This document shows positions 29,976-40,699 of a DNA stretch of 64,000 nucleotides, piece after piece. Source of the DNA: a virus (lineage: Duplodnaviria > Caudoviricetes). A model generated the notes under the pieces. The model was not told the origin of the DNA. It did no database searches and saw only the letters and a program-made list of their open reading frames with translations. The translations under genes were made by a program, and so were the position numbers. The stretch covers positions 518 to 64,517 of the IMG/VR virus record IMGVR_UViG_3300042402_002715; one strand, written 5' to 3'. Each line of letters begins with the position of its first letter. Position 1 is the stretch's first letter.

Positions 29976-30443
29976 TTACTCCTTTTCGGTTTTTATTTTT
30001 ATTAACTTAGTATTTCCATTTTTAGTCAAGTAAAATTTAAAATATTCATTCTTTGTTAATACATCGGAATATATTTCTTTTATAATATTTTTTAATGATT
30101 TTTTTAATTTTGTCGATTTAAAGTCTATTTCTTGTTTTAAAAATAAATTTATTTCTAAATTCATAAAAGATTTCTTTTTTAAGTGTAACCCACTAGTTCT
30201 TAAGTCTAGATCTACAATAAATTTATCATCAAATAAATTTTTATCTATACTCTGAAATACTGAATGTTTAACTGATCTATTCATATTTAAAACAATTCTA
30301 TTCCAGTTTTCATAATCTTCTTTTGGTTCTACCCAGGTCTGTAAGTTTAAATATAGTGATTTAAATTCTTTTGAATCTACTGTACCGTAATGTACTTTAG
30401 ATGTTCTGAAACCATTTATTTTGGTGGTTTTTCCTTTCTTCAT
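29976..30443 (-). CDS. Hypothetical protein
   Basis: 155-aa ORF in the head module. Confidence 0.7.
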   Translation of the reverse strand: MKKGKTTKINGFRTSKVHYGTVDSKEFKSLYLNLQTWVEPKEDYENWNRIVLNMNRSVKHSVFQSIDKNLFDDKFIVDLDLRTSGLHLKKKSFMNLEINLFLKQEIDFKSTKLKKSLKNIIKEIYSDVLTKNEYFKFYLTKNGNTKLIKIKTEKE

Positions 30444-30532
30444 AATTTTTTTCCATGTGACTTTGGTTTATTTTTAAAAAAAATACTTAATTTTGTGATA
30501 TATATCAATATAATAAACATTTTAAATAAATT

Positions 30533-30718
30533 ATGTTAATAGTCCAAGTAAAAAAAAATGACATAGAGAGAGCTCTTAAAGAGCTAAAGAGTAAAGTTAT
30601 AAAAACTCGTCAAAATTCACATCTCAATTATAGAAAGGAATTTACAAAAAAATCAGTTGAGAGGAGAGATTTGTTAAACAAAGCAATCTATAGACAAAAA
30701 TTACAATCAAATAGTTAA
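30533..30718 (+). CDS. rpsU: Ribosomal protein bS21 (phage-encoded)
   Basis: MLIVQVK..IERALK.LK.K....RKEFTKKSV.RR....KAIY.Q matches the Bacteroidota bS21 pattern; antisense within the head module. Confidence 0.85.
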   Translation: MLIVQVKKNDIERALKELKSKVIKTRQNSHLNYRKEFTKKSVERRDLLNKAIYRQKLQSNS

Positions 30719-31431
30719 ATATTTTTATTTAATTCTTGTAGTTTAAAATAATTTAATTTATCGTACTTTTCGTTTTTAACTTTTGTTATTGTCTCCGTTA
30801 TTTTAAATTTAACGTCATTGTCAGTTTCTTTAGATTTTAAATCATTTAATTTGTCAATAACATCTTCTTTAATTATTTCATATTTTAAAGTTAACTTTTC
30901 GTCCGACTCTGATAATATTGATTCTAATTTTATTTTTTCATTTTCATTTAGTGATGACAAATAATTTTTTACGGTTTTATTTGCAATCTGAACCATCTGA
31001 TTAATACTAATATTTTTTAGTTCGTCAACATTTTCATCTTTTTTCTTTAGATTTTCTATTAAAATATTTTTACTTTTAATTTTATTTTCTAATGTTAAAA
31101 GATTACTAGAAAAAACATTATCAATATCTTCGTAAATATTTTTTGTTTTAATATCACTAACCCATAATTCTAAATCATCCATATCAGATTTAGAAATTTT
31201 GTTAACAGTATTTTCATAGATAGTAATACTTTGATTTACAAAATCAGAAGCTATAGATTCGTTTAAACCTTTTTTTGATGATAACTCATCGTATAAATAA
31301 TAAATTTTATTTATGTTTTTATTTTTTGCAACTAATTGGTCAAAGACAAATAAATCTCTTTTTATTGTATTGTTTGTGTATGATTCTACCAAACATTTTT
31401 CTATTTTTGATTTAAGTAATCCAAATTTCAT
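30715..31431 (-). CDS. Hypothetical head-module protein
   Basis: 238-aa ORF downstream of portal; late motif at 31446-53. Confidence 0.7.
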   Translation of the reverse strand: MKFGLLKSKIEKCLVESYTNNTIKRDLFVFDQLVAKNKNINKIYYLYDELSSKKGLNESIASDFVNQSITIYENTVNKISKSDMDDLELWVSDIKTKNIYEDIDNVFSSNLLTLENKIKSKNILIENLKKKDENVDELKNISINQMVQIANKTVKNYLSSLNENEKIKLESILSESDEKLTLKYEIIKEDVIDKLNDLKSKETDNDVKFKITETITKVKNEKYDKLNYFKLQELNKNI

Positions 31432-31452
31432 AACTAATTTTTATTATAAATA

Positions 31453-33243
31453 TTAACCATTAAGTAATTTTTCAAGTTCATTCTCAATCTGACCTAAAGA
31501 ATTGCTACCTTTGGATAGATCTATGTAATCATCACCAAATATATTATCACTTTCAAGTAATATATTTAGGTTGGATTTTTCAACACCGTCCATCATAGGT
31601 GCCGGTTCGCCTCCTGCTGGTGCTGGTGGAGGTCCTCCTCCTGCCGGTGGTGGTGTTCCTCCTGCCGCATTTGTAGTTTCCCCAGATACGGTTTTATATA
31701 ATTTGTCAACATTATCAAATAATCCGGTATGTGTTATAACTGTTGCTGTATTTGCGATTTCAGCGGCCACAGCTCTTTCTAATCTTATCTGCTGGATTTC
31801 AAGTTTAATATCTTCATCAGAAAACCCAAATATGTGTTTTTTAGCCCAAGTTGCTGATGTTGGTTGTATCGTGTTTGGGATTTCTGTAACCATATCTTTA
31901 TAAAGAGTTACCTTTTCTTTCCAAACATCTATCATTAATAAATCCGCCTGTTTAGATGGATTTGTAAGCCCTAAAGTAAAATTCCCAAGTTCATCTTCAA
32001 ACCCAAGTAAAAATAAATGAATAATTGCAATTTTATTTAATTCAGCAATTACTGCTTTTTGAATTTTATTGATTGTTCTTGCAAAACGAATATCTAAAAG
32101 TGAAAGGTTTTTTCCATCACCAACTGGTTCCTCAAAGCCTAAATAAGCTTTTGGAATTCTAAGTGCCGTAACTAATTTCTTTTGGATGTACTCAATGTCG
32201 GCAATTTCAGATAAATTTGCCGCACCTGGTAAAGTATCAATTGGCATTGCTGCGGCAGCATCCCTAACTGGAATAAAATAATCTTGATCTACCGCCATTT
32301 GATTAAATCTTAAATCCACATTACCAGTGTTTTTATCGACAACCTGATCACGTTTAAATTTATTTGCAACACGTTGTACATAAGCTTCAACATCTTTGTC
32401 ATCCATGTTTCCAACAAATACTTTAAAAACTCTTCTTTCTGGTGCTCTAGATGTACGATAAATTAACATCGCATCTTCAGATAACACAAGTTGTTTCCAA
32501 ATCCTTCTTGCTTTCTCAAGCATTGATGTTCCATATGGGAGTTTTCTATCATCACCAAGTAGTCTAAAGTGCGCAATCTCCCAAGTATTAAACTCCATAT
32601 CTTTTGTTTTCCAATTAAACTTCAAAGTTTTGTTTTTAAATTCAACATCAGAACCAATATTAGCTGTCATGGTTCTTGCTTCCATTCCTCTTTCCACCCT
32701 TTCAATTTCAATATTTGGTAATTGTAAACAACCAACAATTCCTTTTTCCGGATCTAGTTTTAAATAGACAAAATTATCACCATATTTACATGTATTTCTA
32801 ATCCACATTGGTAAATTAATACTTATATCTAAAACTTTATTAAATAAATCGGCTAGAATTGCTTTAACTCTTTTTGATTCAGAATATATTTGTAATACAT
32901 AACCATCTTGGTTTGGTGTTGTTGATTCTTCAGAGTATATATCAAGTGCTGTTGAGATTTCTGGGGTATATTCCATAGATTCATAATCATAGAATGCAGA
33001 AATCCTATTTGGTTCGTAATATACAGCTTGAGCATATAAGTTATTTTCTATTTTTTTCCAGTTATCCTGAATGTATAGACTTTGTTGCATTTGCAACTTT
33101 TCTCTTTCATACTCTTCTTTATCAGGTGTTCTTAGTAATACTTTTTTGTCTAGTCTATAAGACGGTTCATCCATATTTAACAGAGAATTGGGTCCAAACG
33201 TTTTGGATAACTTCTGCCATATTGTTAAATTATTTTGTTCCAT
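31453..33243 (-). CDS. Portal protein (T4 gp20-like)
   Basis: PEISTALD, YGTSMLE.AR, EDAMLIYR..RAPERRVF, DYFIP, IDTLPG, ALRIPK. Confidence 0.95.
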   Translation of the reverse strand: MEQNNLTIWQKLSKTFGPNSLLNMDEPSYRLDKKVLLRTPDKEEYEREKLQMQQSLYIQDNWKKIENNLYAQAVYYEPNRISAFYDYESMEYTPEISTALDIYSEESTTPNQDGYVLQIYSESKRVKAILADLFNKVLDISINLPMWIRNTCKYGDNFVYLKLDPEKGIVGCLQLPNIEIERVERGMEARTMTANIGSDVEFKNKTLKFNWKTKDMEFNTWEIAHFRLLGDDRKLPYGTSMLEKARRIWKQLVLSEDAMLIYRTSRAPERRVFKVFVGNMDDKDVEAYVQRVANKFKRDQVVDKNTGNVDLRFNQMAVDQDYFIPVRDAAAAMPIDTLPGAANLSEIADIEYIQKKLVTALRIPKAYLGFEEPVGDGKNLSLLDIRFARTINKIQKAVIAELNKIAIIHLFLLGFEDELGNFTLGLTNPSKQADLLMIDVWKEKVTLYKDMVTEIPNTIQPTSATWAKKHIFGFSDEDIKLEIQQIRLERAVAAEIANTATVITHTGLFDNVDKLYKTVSGETTNAAGGTPPPAGGGPPPAPAGGEPAPMMDGVEKSNLNILLESDNIFGDDYIDLSKGSNSLGQIENELEKLLNG

Positions 33244-33282
33244 ATTTAAAAATTTAATAACTTTCTTTTTTTTCTAAATGTT

Positions 33283-33546
33283 TTAGCACCAAACCAAATT
33301 AAAATAATCTTGTGTGATCAAATTGTTTAATTGTTGTGTTTCCAAATTACAAGTTTGAATTGGAATTGTTGTGGTTGTAGTTGTTGTTGGTGAGATTACT
33401 GGGGCTTCAGCAAATTCTTCGTATGGTTTTCTTTTCTTATTGAAGTCCGGTTTAAAAGTTTTTGTGCTATAAATGTCTTGACCAACAACAATAAGTGAAG
33501 ATCCACCAATTTTTTTCCCTGATTTTTTTCTACGACTTAAACCCAT
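33283..33546 (-). CDS. Hypothetical protein with Thr-rich linker
   Basis: 87-aa ORF between terminase and portal; late motif at 33551-58. Confidence 0.55.
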   Translation of the reverse strand: MGLSRRKKSGKKIGGSSLIVVGQDIYSTKTFKPDFNKKRKPYEEFAEAPVISPTTTTTTTIPIQTCNLETQQLNNLITQDYFNLVWC

Positions 33547-33557
33547 AACAATAAATA

Positions 33558-35330
33558 TTATCGTTTACCAAATAACCAACCGTACTCAATATAATCATTT
33601 TTTGATGGTCCAGAAAAGTCTCTACCATATCTATCATTTCTTACATTTGTGTTTGGTAGTACTGGATTAAAAAAAGCTTCTTTTGCTACAGCTTCGTTAT
33701 TTGCTACCGTCCAGGATTCAATCATTATTTTTGTTTTTTCTGTCACTTTCTCCAATTTAGAAAATGAAGATTCACCAACATATATTGCCATTGACACTCC
33801 CATAATAAGGTCATCGTGTTGTCCTTTTTGATGGTCTGGTCTACCGTTAACATAAACAAAAGTGTTCATTTCATTATACAACCTAACACTTTTTATTTTA
33901 AATTTGTGTCTTACATATTCCTCAAATGCTGCAATAATTTGTACACGTTTGTTATTAAAATTAATTCCTGGTATTTTATCAACAGAAGTTTTATTGACCG
34001 CCCATATATTCATCGAGTCAACACCATCAATATATAAACTCTTATATCCAAGTTCTTGCATTTTTCTTACAGTAGTGATTCCCATACCACCGGTGATATC
34101 AACAACACAAAACGCATTATAAATTAACCCCCACTTATATGCAATTTCAGCTAAAGCATCAGGCGGGATTTTTCCAACATATTCTAAAACTTGTTCTCTT
34201 TCATCAAAATCAATTATTTGAATGGATGAAAAGTCTTCACTATCACCACGAGAAACGTCAACACCCATAATGTATTTGTGTCCCTGGACCGGTTCTTTCC
34301 ACATCCACAAAGAATTACCCATCATTTTTGTTGGGGCATCTTCTATTGTATTTTGTTTAATATACTCTAATTGTTTTGAATCAAATACGTTATCACCAGA
34401 ACCTAAAAATTCGCAATTAAGTTCCTGATTAATTTTTCTTTTATCGTATTTAAGTTTTTTAACCATTTTCTCATACCAAGTAGAACATGGTTTGTATCCT
34501 TTTGAGAAATACTCTTTTATTTTTTCATAATCTCTATCGTATGGATCTGAATCCGCAAATGACACATTTCCAGAATGATCTTTTTCATCTTTGTTTAAAA
34601 GATAATCAACCATATCATCAGTTGGTACCAAAAAAAGATCTTTTGAATATCTTGGGTCTTTCCACCAAAACATCTCAGAAATTTTAAAGTTATTAATCCC
34701 TTTATTTGCCTGGTTATAAATTTCATAATAAATTGGGTCATATCCGTTTGGTGTTGACACAACAATTACTTTACCACCGGTAGATAGTGACGCCATACAA
34801 GCAGCCCAGAAATCACCGTCAGCTTCAATAAACGCCGCCTCATCAAAAACAAGTATTGTTGGTGTATAACCCCTTAAGGCATCTCGTGATGTTGCAACAG
34901 CTTTTACTTCACAACCATTCGTAAGTTTATAATGTCTTTGTGAATTTTTATCAGCAGAAAACCCGGTCCCAACCCATGAAGGCCATTGATCGACAAATGC
35001 TCTAATTTTATTTGCCATCTCCATTGATGTATCAAGTTTGTTGGCAATAATCAATATTTTTTCAGGTCTTTCTTTTTTTGCAAATACTAATCTTTTTGAT
35101 ATCCAAGCAGCAGTTACCGTTGATACCCCAGCCTGACGGTATTTTAATGCGATATTTTCTTCGTATTCTTCATAATCTTTTAGTAGGGATACTTGATCCG
35201 GAAATAACTCAAGTGGTACGTATTTAGATACGGTGTTATCATAAGTTTGTAGGTATGTTCTTAATGCGTATGGAGTGTCTTTCATGCACCTTACATACTC
35301 TAACATTATTTGTTCTTTAGTTAAAGCCAT
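33558..35330 (-). CDS. Terminase large subunit (T4 gp17-like)
   Basis: KYRQAGVST (Walker A), FDEAAF, STPNG, QELNCEF, GVDVSRG, HDDLIM. Confidence 0.95.
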   Translation of the reverse strand: MALTKEQIMLEYVRCMKDTPYALRTYLQTYDNTVSKYVPLELFPDQVSLLKDYEEYEENIALKYRQAGVSTVTAAWISKRLVFAKKERPEKILIIANKLDTSMEMANKIRAFVDQWPSWVGTGFSADKNSQRHYKLTNGCEVKAVATSRDALRGYTPTILVFDEAAFIEADGDFWAACMASLSTGGKVIVVSTPNGYDPIYYEIYNQANKGINNFKISEMFWWKDPRYSKDLFLVPTDDMVDYLLNKDEKDHSGNVSFADSDPYDRDYEKIKEYFSKGYKPCSTWYEKMVKKLKYDKRKINQELNCEFLGSGDNVFDSKQLEYIKQNTIEDAPTKMMGNSLWMWKEPVQGHKYIMGVDVSRGDSEDFSSIQIIDFDEREQVLEYVGKIPPDALAEIAYKWGLIYNAFCVVDITGGMGITTVRKMQELGYKSLYIDGVDSMNIWAVNKTSVDKIPGINFNNKRVQIIAAFEEYVRHKFKIKSVRLYNEMNTFVYVNGRPDHQKGQHDDLIMGVSMAIYVGESSFSKLEKVTEKTKIMIESWTVANNEAVAKEAFFNPVLPNTNVRNDRYGRDFSGPSKNDYIEYGWLFGKR

Positions 35331-35354
35331 AAAGATATTTTAATATAAATATCA

Positions 35355-35388
35355 AAACCCCCAGTTATTTTCATAAAAGGGGGTTTTA
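35355..35388 (-). terminator. Probable intrinsic terminator upstream of the terminase gene
   Basis: AAAACCCCC...GGGGGTTTT inverted repeat. Confidence 0.55.
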
Positions 35389-35407
35389 GGACAATATATT
35401 ATTTAAA

Positions 35408-36679
35408 TTAAATACCTAGTTGTGATAAAATGTCATCATCTTCTTCATCCTCTTCTTCATCATCATTTTCTTCTAATTCTCTTACGATTTCATTTACCAT
35501 TCTTTGTATCTTATCTTTACCTGATTGTTTTTCTTCTAAAACTTCTTTGAACAGTTGGAAAAACTCTTCAGCCGGCATAGCACTTAATCGCATAAATAGA
35601 TAATGTTGGATGTGTTTCATATCATCTTCAGTTAGAATCTCAATAGGATATGATTTTTGTAATAATTCCCAGAACACCGGACCTAATTTTAAATCCCAAG
35701 CTTCTGCTGGAACCGTATCTTCAGCACCCATAATCATTTCAGCTTGTCTTGGATCGTCAGGTAAACCATGAGTTCCAAATACTTCGTAAACACCTTTAAC
35801 AAGTTCATGAACTAATGTTGGGAAGTTTACACCTCTAGCTTTAACTGTTGGTGGATCTGTTTGGTTATCAATCTCAGAAGTCCCAACTTCACTACCACCT
35901 TGACCAGACATAGCTTCAAGTGTTTCTTCTGGATACAACCAGTATAAGTGATCAATAATTGCTGTTGTAATACCGTATAGTTCAATAAGATTTGGGTCAA
36001 TTTCGTTTAATCTTTGTGATACCATATGATACATATATTGACCTTTTTTTGCGGCACCACCAATAAGAGCATTAATCATTCTTCTTTTTGCTCTTTCTCT
36101 GTCAAAGTTGTCCATAGCATCTAAGAAAGCCTCAACATCGTTTTCATGTTCTTGAGCACTTTTAAAAGCATCCATCATTTCTTCTCTTGATGGTTCTTCA
36201 GCTTGTCTTCTCATTCTTTCGTTTGACTCACTTTGACCCATACCCATAAGTTTTGCGTCAAATTGTAAAGAACCTGGAGGAATTGCCATTTCTTTTTTAA
36301 CTAATTCAACAGCTAAAGTTTCAAGTTCTTCTTTATATCTCGACTCAATTGATCCACTTTGTCTTAATGCCTGCATTACTAACATCATTAAATTCATTAA
36401 CGGATTACCACTTGTAAGATGTCTGGTAGAACCAACACTTCTTTCTAATGCCGATCTTAATTTACCAACAGTATCGTTAAATCTTTTAGATGAAATAAGC
36501 TCAACAAAATCTCTACTCATCTTTGGCATTGCAGGATGTTTTGAGTATGGTGTAGATTTATCTAAAATCTTTCTTTCAATACTTGGATCCATTCTTTCTG
36601 GACCTTCATAATCAATTGGAGCTTCATTTAAAACTCTTTTTACAATATTATCAATTTGTCTATTTGTTAAATTTCCCAT
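35408..36679 (-). CDS. Hypothetical protein, probable internal head protein (HExxK-like motif)
   Basis: IDNIVKRVLNEA N-terminus; FPTLVHELVKG..E..AEAWDLKLG. Confidence 0.55.
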   Translation of the reverse strand: MGNLTNRQIDNIVKRVLNEAPIDYEGPERMDPSIERKILDKSTPYSKHPAMPKMSRDFVELISSKRFNDTVGKLRSALERSVGSTRHLTSGNPLMNLMMLVMQALRQSGSIESRYKEELETLAVELVKKEMAIPPGSLQFDAKLMGMGQSESNERMRRQAEEPSREEMMDAFKSAQEHENDVEAFLDAMDNFDRERAKRRMINALIGGAAKKGQYMYHMVSQRLNEIDPNLIELYGITTAIIDHLYWLYPEETLEAMSGQGGSEVGTSEIDNQTDPPTVKARGVNFPTLVHELVKGVYEVFGTHGLPDDPRQAEMIMGAEDTVPAEAWDLKLGPVFWELLQKSYPIEILTEDDMKHIQHYLFMRLSAMPAEEFFQLFKEVLEEKQSGKDKIQRMVNEIVRELEENDDEEEDEEDDDILSQLGI

Positions 36680-36688
36680 TATATTTTT

Positions 36689-37750
36689 TTATTTTAAATT
36701 AACCTTAAGTTTATCCCATTTTAAGAAATTTGGTAAAGATCTTTTTACTGCTTTTGGTGCCGGATTGTGTTTTGGCTGAAATGGATTTTTCTTACCTGGA
36801 TCTTTTTCTTTGGTTCTTTCTTTTGTTCCAGGTTTTGTTGGTGCTACTGTTTGTTCTTTAAATTCATTTTTAGCTTTTGGCGCTGGTCTATGTTTTGGTT
36901 CGTAAGGATTTTTTCTTTCCTTATCTTTTTCTTTTTCTCTTGTTTTTGTTCTTTCTTTTTCTTTTGTGTCACTAGCTTTTGGGGGTGGATTATGTTTTGG
37001 TTCATAAGGATTTTTTCTATCCTTATCTTTTTCTTTTTCTCTTGTTTTTGTTCTTTCTTTTTCTTTTGTGTCTTCACCTAAAGAGAACATTTTACCGATT
37101 GGTCTTTTCATTGTTTTCATTTCTTTTCCTTCGTCTTGTGAAAACATAGAATTCCTTTTTGGTTTTTTCAACATGAAAGATTCTGACTTATTAACTTTTT
37201 CATTTAAAGTGTTTATAAGTTGGGATTTTGTCATTGCAGGATTGATATATCTATCAACCATCTCAACAATACTATCCTCAAGGTATTTTTCATATCCTTC
37301 AGTTTTTACTTTTACACTTTTTTCTGGGTGTAATTTTTTAGGTAGATCTTTGTCTTTGGTATCCTGTTGGAACTCATTTGCTAATTTACACCACTTACTT
37401 TTTTTGTCACCACTTTTGGTACATTTATTCCAGAAAAATCTTTGTTGTGCGGTGGATTTAAATCTTTCATTTGTTTCACCAGTTTCTTTTAGAGGTGTAA
37501 CAACTGTTTTACCACCGGTTGTGTCAACCTCAACACCATTAACCATAGTTTTAGCATTTGGTTTTACTAAATATGATGTCGTAGGTTTTGTTATTGGAGT
37601 TGTATTTTGTGGTGTTGTAGATTGTTCTTTAGTCTCTAGTTTGTTAAACTTTTCAACTAGAACCTTAATTTGTGATTCATTTAATTTAGATATTGTTTTT
37701 ACACCCAAACCATTATCCAAAAGGATTTTTACATATTTGTTAGTTTTCAT
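36689..37750 (-). CDS. Lys-rich repeat protein, probable internal head/DNA-binding protein
   Basis: Three ~33-aa repeats (TKEKERTK..KNPYEPKHNP.PKA). Confidence 0.55.
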   Translation of the reverse strand: MKTNKYVKILLDNGLGVKTISKLNESQIKVLVEKFNKLETKEQSTTPQNTTPITKPTTSYLVKPNAKTMVNGVEVDTTGGKTVVTPLKETGETNERFKSTAQQRFFWNKCTKSGDKKSKWCKLANEFQQDTKDKDLPKKLHPEKSVKVKTEGYEKYLEDSIVEMVDRYINPAMTKSQLINTLNEKVNKSESFMLKKPKRNSMFSQDEGKEMKTMKRPIGKMFSLGEDTKEKERTKTREKEKDKDRKNPYEPKHNPPPKASDTKEKERTKTREKEKDKERKNPYEPKHRPAPKAKNEFKEQTVAPTKPGTKERTKEKDPGKKNPFQPKHNPAPKAVKRSLPNFLKWDKLKVNLK

Positions 37751-38150
37751 ATACTATTTTTTTTTCAAATTCTAAAACGACATCTCGTTCGTATAGTTTA
37801 TCTTTTACATCTTGTTCAGTATCACCAAACTTGAATACCAATCTTTTTGTTATTGAGAAATCAACCTCATCACACTCTCTTTCCCAACCCATTGCAATCA
37901 CACCATCCATAGAGTCTAAAACAGAAAAAACATCAGATTCTTGAACCAAATCTAATGTTATTTTTTCATTTTTTAGTGTTCCGACTTTTTTAATATATTC
38001 GACATCAGGTGGTGATGGATAACCATTTGCTGGTTTTGATTCCCAGTTTTCACCCCAAACATCTTCAGTTGTATCTGAGAATATAAATTCATAGATATTA
38101 TCACCTTTATAGTTTGGTCCCATCCCATTTATATAAATTAAATAACTCAT
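37740..38150 (-). CDS. Hypothetical protein
   Basis: 136-aa ORF, coupled to neighbours. Confidence 0.7.
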   Translation of the reverse strand: MSYLIYINGMGPNYKGDNIYEFIFSDTTEDVWGENWESKPANGYPSPPDVEYIKKVGTLKNEKITLDLVQESDVFSVLDSMDGVIAMGWERECDEVDFSITKRLVFKFGDTEQDVKDKLYERDVVLEFEKKIVYEN

Positions 38151-39613
38151 AGAACCTGTCCTTCTGGTGTTATTTTTCTTTCAGTTAATCCTTGTTTGAA
38201 TACTAAATTTTTCTTTGTTGTAGAACCAATTAGTTTTGCTTTAGGGAATTTCTCAATAAATTTTAAAGCCATTCTTTCTTGTCTTAAAGATTCTGAAAGT
38301 CTTTTAATTTCTGATGTATTTTTTCTTTTTATAAATTCAATTTCTTTTCTTGTTTCTTCTTCTTTTATAATATGTTCATCTTCTTTTATATTAAAATAAT
38401 TTGAAATGATTCTATCAACAGTAGATTCACCGATATTTTCAGAGTAGCTGCGTTTTTTTCTTCTTCTGTCTCTTCTTTGACCTTCCATCATTTTATCTGC
38501 TAACACAGAACTATACGCACCTTTAAATTTATTTACAAAAGCATCACTTAAATTTTTAAATCCTTCTGCCATTTCACCTGGTGCCGGAGCCGGTGCTCCT
38601 TCTGGTGCTGGTGGAGGTCCTTCTAATCCTGGTTCTGCGCCCAAACCACCCATTGGTTCTTCTTCAGATTCCATACCCATATCATCTTCCATTCCTTCTT
38701 CACCCTCTTCTTCTTCACCTTCCAGTCTATTAATGATCTCTTCAATATCATCTTCATCCAAAGCCTCAACATCAATTGCTGATATAATTGAGTTTATAAC
38801 ATACTTAATGTTATCTGAACTCATTTCTTTATCTTCACCGTAAGATCTTAATTTTTGTGCTAATTTCCCAGTAAGTTTTTGGATAAGTTTAAATGTAATC
38901 TCTTCTTTTTTATCTTCACCACCTTCTTCTGGTTCCATACCAAGATCTCCTTCTGGAGCTGGCTCCATTCCTTCACCACCTTCTAGTCCAGCGTCTGGCA
39001 TTGGTGGTACAGCTCCAGCATCTCCTTCTGGTGGCGTCATCCCAGGTAACGTCTGAGCCGCGTCAGTAGGTGCTGCCAATGGCGGTGCTGCCTGTGCATT
39101 TGGGTCTAAAGCCGGATCTCCTTGTTCCTCAAGTGGTGCCGTAGGTATTGGTGCGGCTCCCGCTACTGGAGGGGTTGTTGGTGCTTCCGGAGCAGGCGTT
39201 GTTTCTGATTTAGTTTCCTCTTTTTTTTTATCACCTAAGTCTAGATAGTACTTTTTTTTTTCAGACTGTTCAAACAAAGCAGTTCCTTTTTTGTTCTCAT
39301 AAAGAGTATTTTTCTCCTTTGCAACCAAATTTAATCTTTTTAATGCTTGAGAATATGATTTATAATATTTTCTTTCTTGTATATTTTCTAAATAATTAAT
39401 TTCACCATTAAATGACTCTTTAATTATATATCCTTGTTTTTCTTTCACAATGACATAGTCAATATTATCCGCTAATTTAACAGAAAATACATTTTCTTTA
39501 TCTTCATTTAAGTTAGAACCTTTATTACCATCATATGTTGCAATTTCCATGATTCTACGGATTTTATCCATTCCGCTAAGTTTTTCACTTCCAATAGGTC
39601 TTAATCCTCCCAT
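38147..39613 (-). CDS. Hypothetical acidic/Pro-rich protein, probable internal head protein
   Basis: DKIRRIMEIA N-terminus, many xLxE sites, Pro/Ala-rich disordered centre; two late motifs at 39646 and 39658. Confidence 0.55.
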   Translation of the reverse strand: MGGLRPIGSEKLSGMDKIRRIMEIATYDGNKGSNLNEDKENVFSVKLADNIDYVIVKEKQGYIIKESFNGEINYLENIQERKYYKSYSQALKRLNLVAKEKNTLYENKKGTALFEQSEKKKYYLDLGDKKKEETKSETTPAPEAPTTPPVAGAAPIPTAPLEEQGDPALDPNAQAAPPLAAPTDAAQTLPGMTPPEGDAGAVPPMPDAGLEGGEGMEPAPEGDLGMEPEEGGEDKKEEITFKLIQKLTGKLAQKLRSYGEDKEMSSDNIKYVINSIISAIDVEALDEDDIEEIINRLEGEEEEGEEGMEDDMGMESEEEPMGGLGAEPGLEGPPPAPEGAPAPAPGEMAEGFKNLSDAFVNKFKGAYSSVLADKMMEGQRRDRRRKKRSYSENIGESTVDRIISNYFNIKEDEHIIKEEETRKEIEFIKRKNTSEIKRLSESLRQERMALKFIEKFPKAKLIGSTTKKNLVFKQGLTERKITPEGQVL

Positions 39614-39687
39614 AGTTATTTGTTTTTTTAATTAATTTTTTATTAATAAATATAACAATAAATATCTTTATCTATTTAATTGTTAAA

Positions 39688-40419
39688 TTATTGTTTTATG
39701 GATAGTCTATCATCCAAAATTTTTGAATATGCTGTCATTAATTTTTCGATGTAACCATTTCTTCTTAAGACTTTAAACACAAGATTTTCAATTGAGTACT
39801 CTCCATCTTTTTCTAATCCACAGATTCTAAATTTTTTAAGTTTTGACTTATATTTTTTTAAAAGATTTCTTGATGTTTCAATGTCTTCCTCATCAATATT
39901 TTTAATCACACCGTCAATTATATTCATCCATTGTTTTGTTTTTTCTTTTAATAAAGATTTATCAATATTAACATCTTCATTTTTTGGTTCGTTTACCCAC
40001 ATGTCAAACAAAACAGAATAAATACCTGAACTAAAAGCAACCTCATTTTCATCTTGTACAAAACATTCGGCATCATAACCAAATATTTTTATATTATGTC
40101 TTTGGTTAAATATAATTTTTTTTAAGTCAAAAAATTCAATATATAATTCTTTAGTATTTGGAGGAAATTGAGAATAGTTTATAACAATGTGCAAATCTAT
40201 ATCCGAATATTTTGACCAATTATAATTTGCTAAAGAACCAATCATAATTATATCAGAAATTAAAAGCTCTATACCAAGAAAATCTATAAATTCATTTGCA
40301 ATTTCCAAAAGTCTATTTCTAACAATTGGTTCCATTCTAACTGAATTACCAAACTTTTCCCAAATTTTAGGGTTTAATTCTTTTTTTGGTTCAAAACTTT
40401 GTATAAGTGCATTATCCAT
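39688..40419 (-). CDS. Pol-beta superfamily nucleotidyltransferase
   Basis: IGSLANYNWSKYSDIDLH (GS..DxD) plus a downstream acidic residue. Confidence 0.85.
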   Translation of the reverse strand: MDNALIQSFEPKKELNPKIWEKFGNSVRMEPIVRNRLLEIANEFIDFLGIELLISDIIMIGSLANYNWSKYSDIDLHIVINYSQFPPNTKELYIEFFDLKKIIFNQRHNIKIFGYDAECFVQDENEVAFSSGIYSVLFDMWVNEPKNEDVNIDKSLLKEKTKQWMNIIDGVIKNIDEEDIETSRNLLKKYKSKLKKFRICGLEKDGEYSIENLVFKVLRRNGYIEKLMTAYSKILDDRLSIKQ

Positions 40420-40446
40420 TACATATAAATATAATGGTTTATTGAT

Positions 40447-40692
40447 TTACTCAGCTTTCTTGTATTTGAAAGTTTTAGATATATTTTTACTAAAGAAAGC
40501 ACCTTGTGATGGTGCAAGTCTAAACTGTGTGTAAATTTGATGTGGGACATCGTCATAAACATATGACCCACCATGTTTGAACTCAACTATTAATTTTTTT
40601 GTTAAAGTATCATATTCTGTTTTTACAATATTTGAAGATTCAATCTCGTTCAATATTTTTGTTCCTTTAATTTCTTCTCTTGTTACTGCCAT
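40447..40692 (-). CDS. KTSC domain protein
   Basis: SSNI..EYD..KKLIVEFKHGGSYVYDDVP..Y......SQGAFF..NI; probable start ATG at 40692. Confidence 0.85.
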   Translation of the reverse strand: MAVTREEIKGTKILNEIESSNIVKTEYDTLTKKLIVEFKHGGSYVYDDVPHQIYTQFRLAPSQGAFFSKNISKTFKYKKAE

Positions 40693-40699
40693 AATTTTA

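Noticed and set aside
33558-35330. Intron or intein in terminase, portal or capsid genes
   Set aside because: ORFs are continuous, of expected size and lack intein motifs
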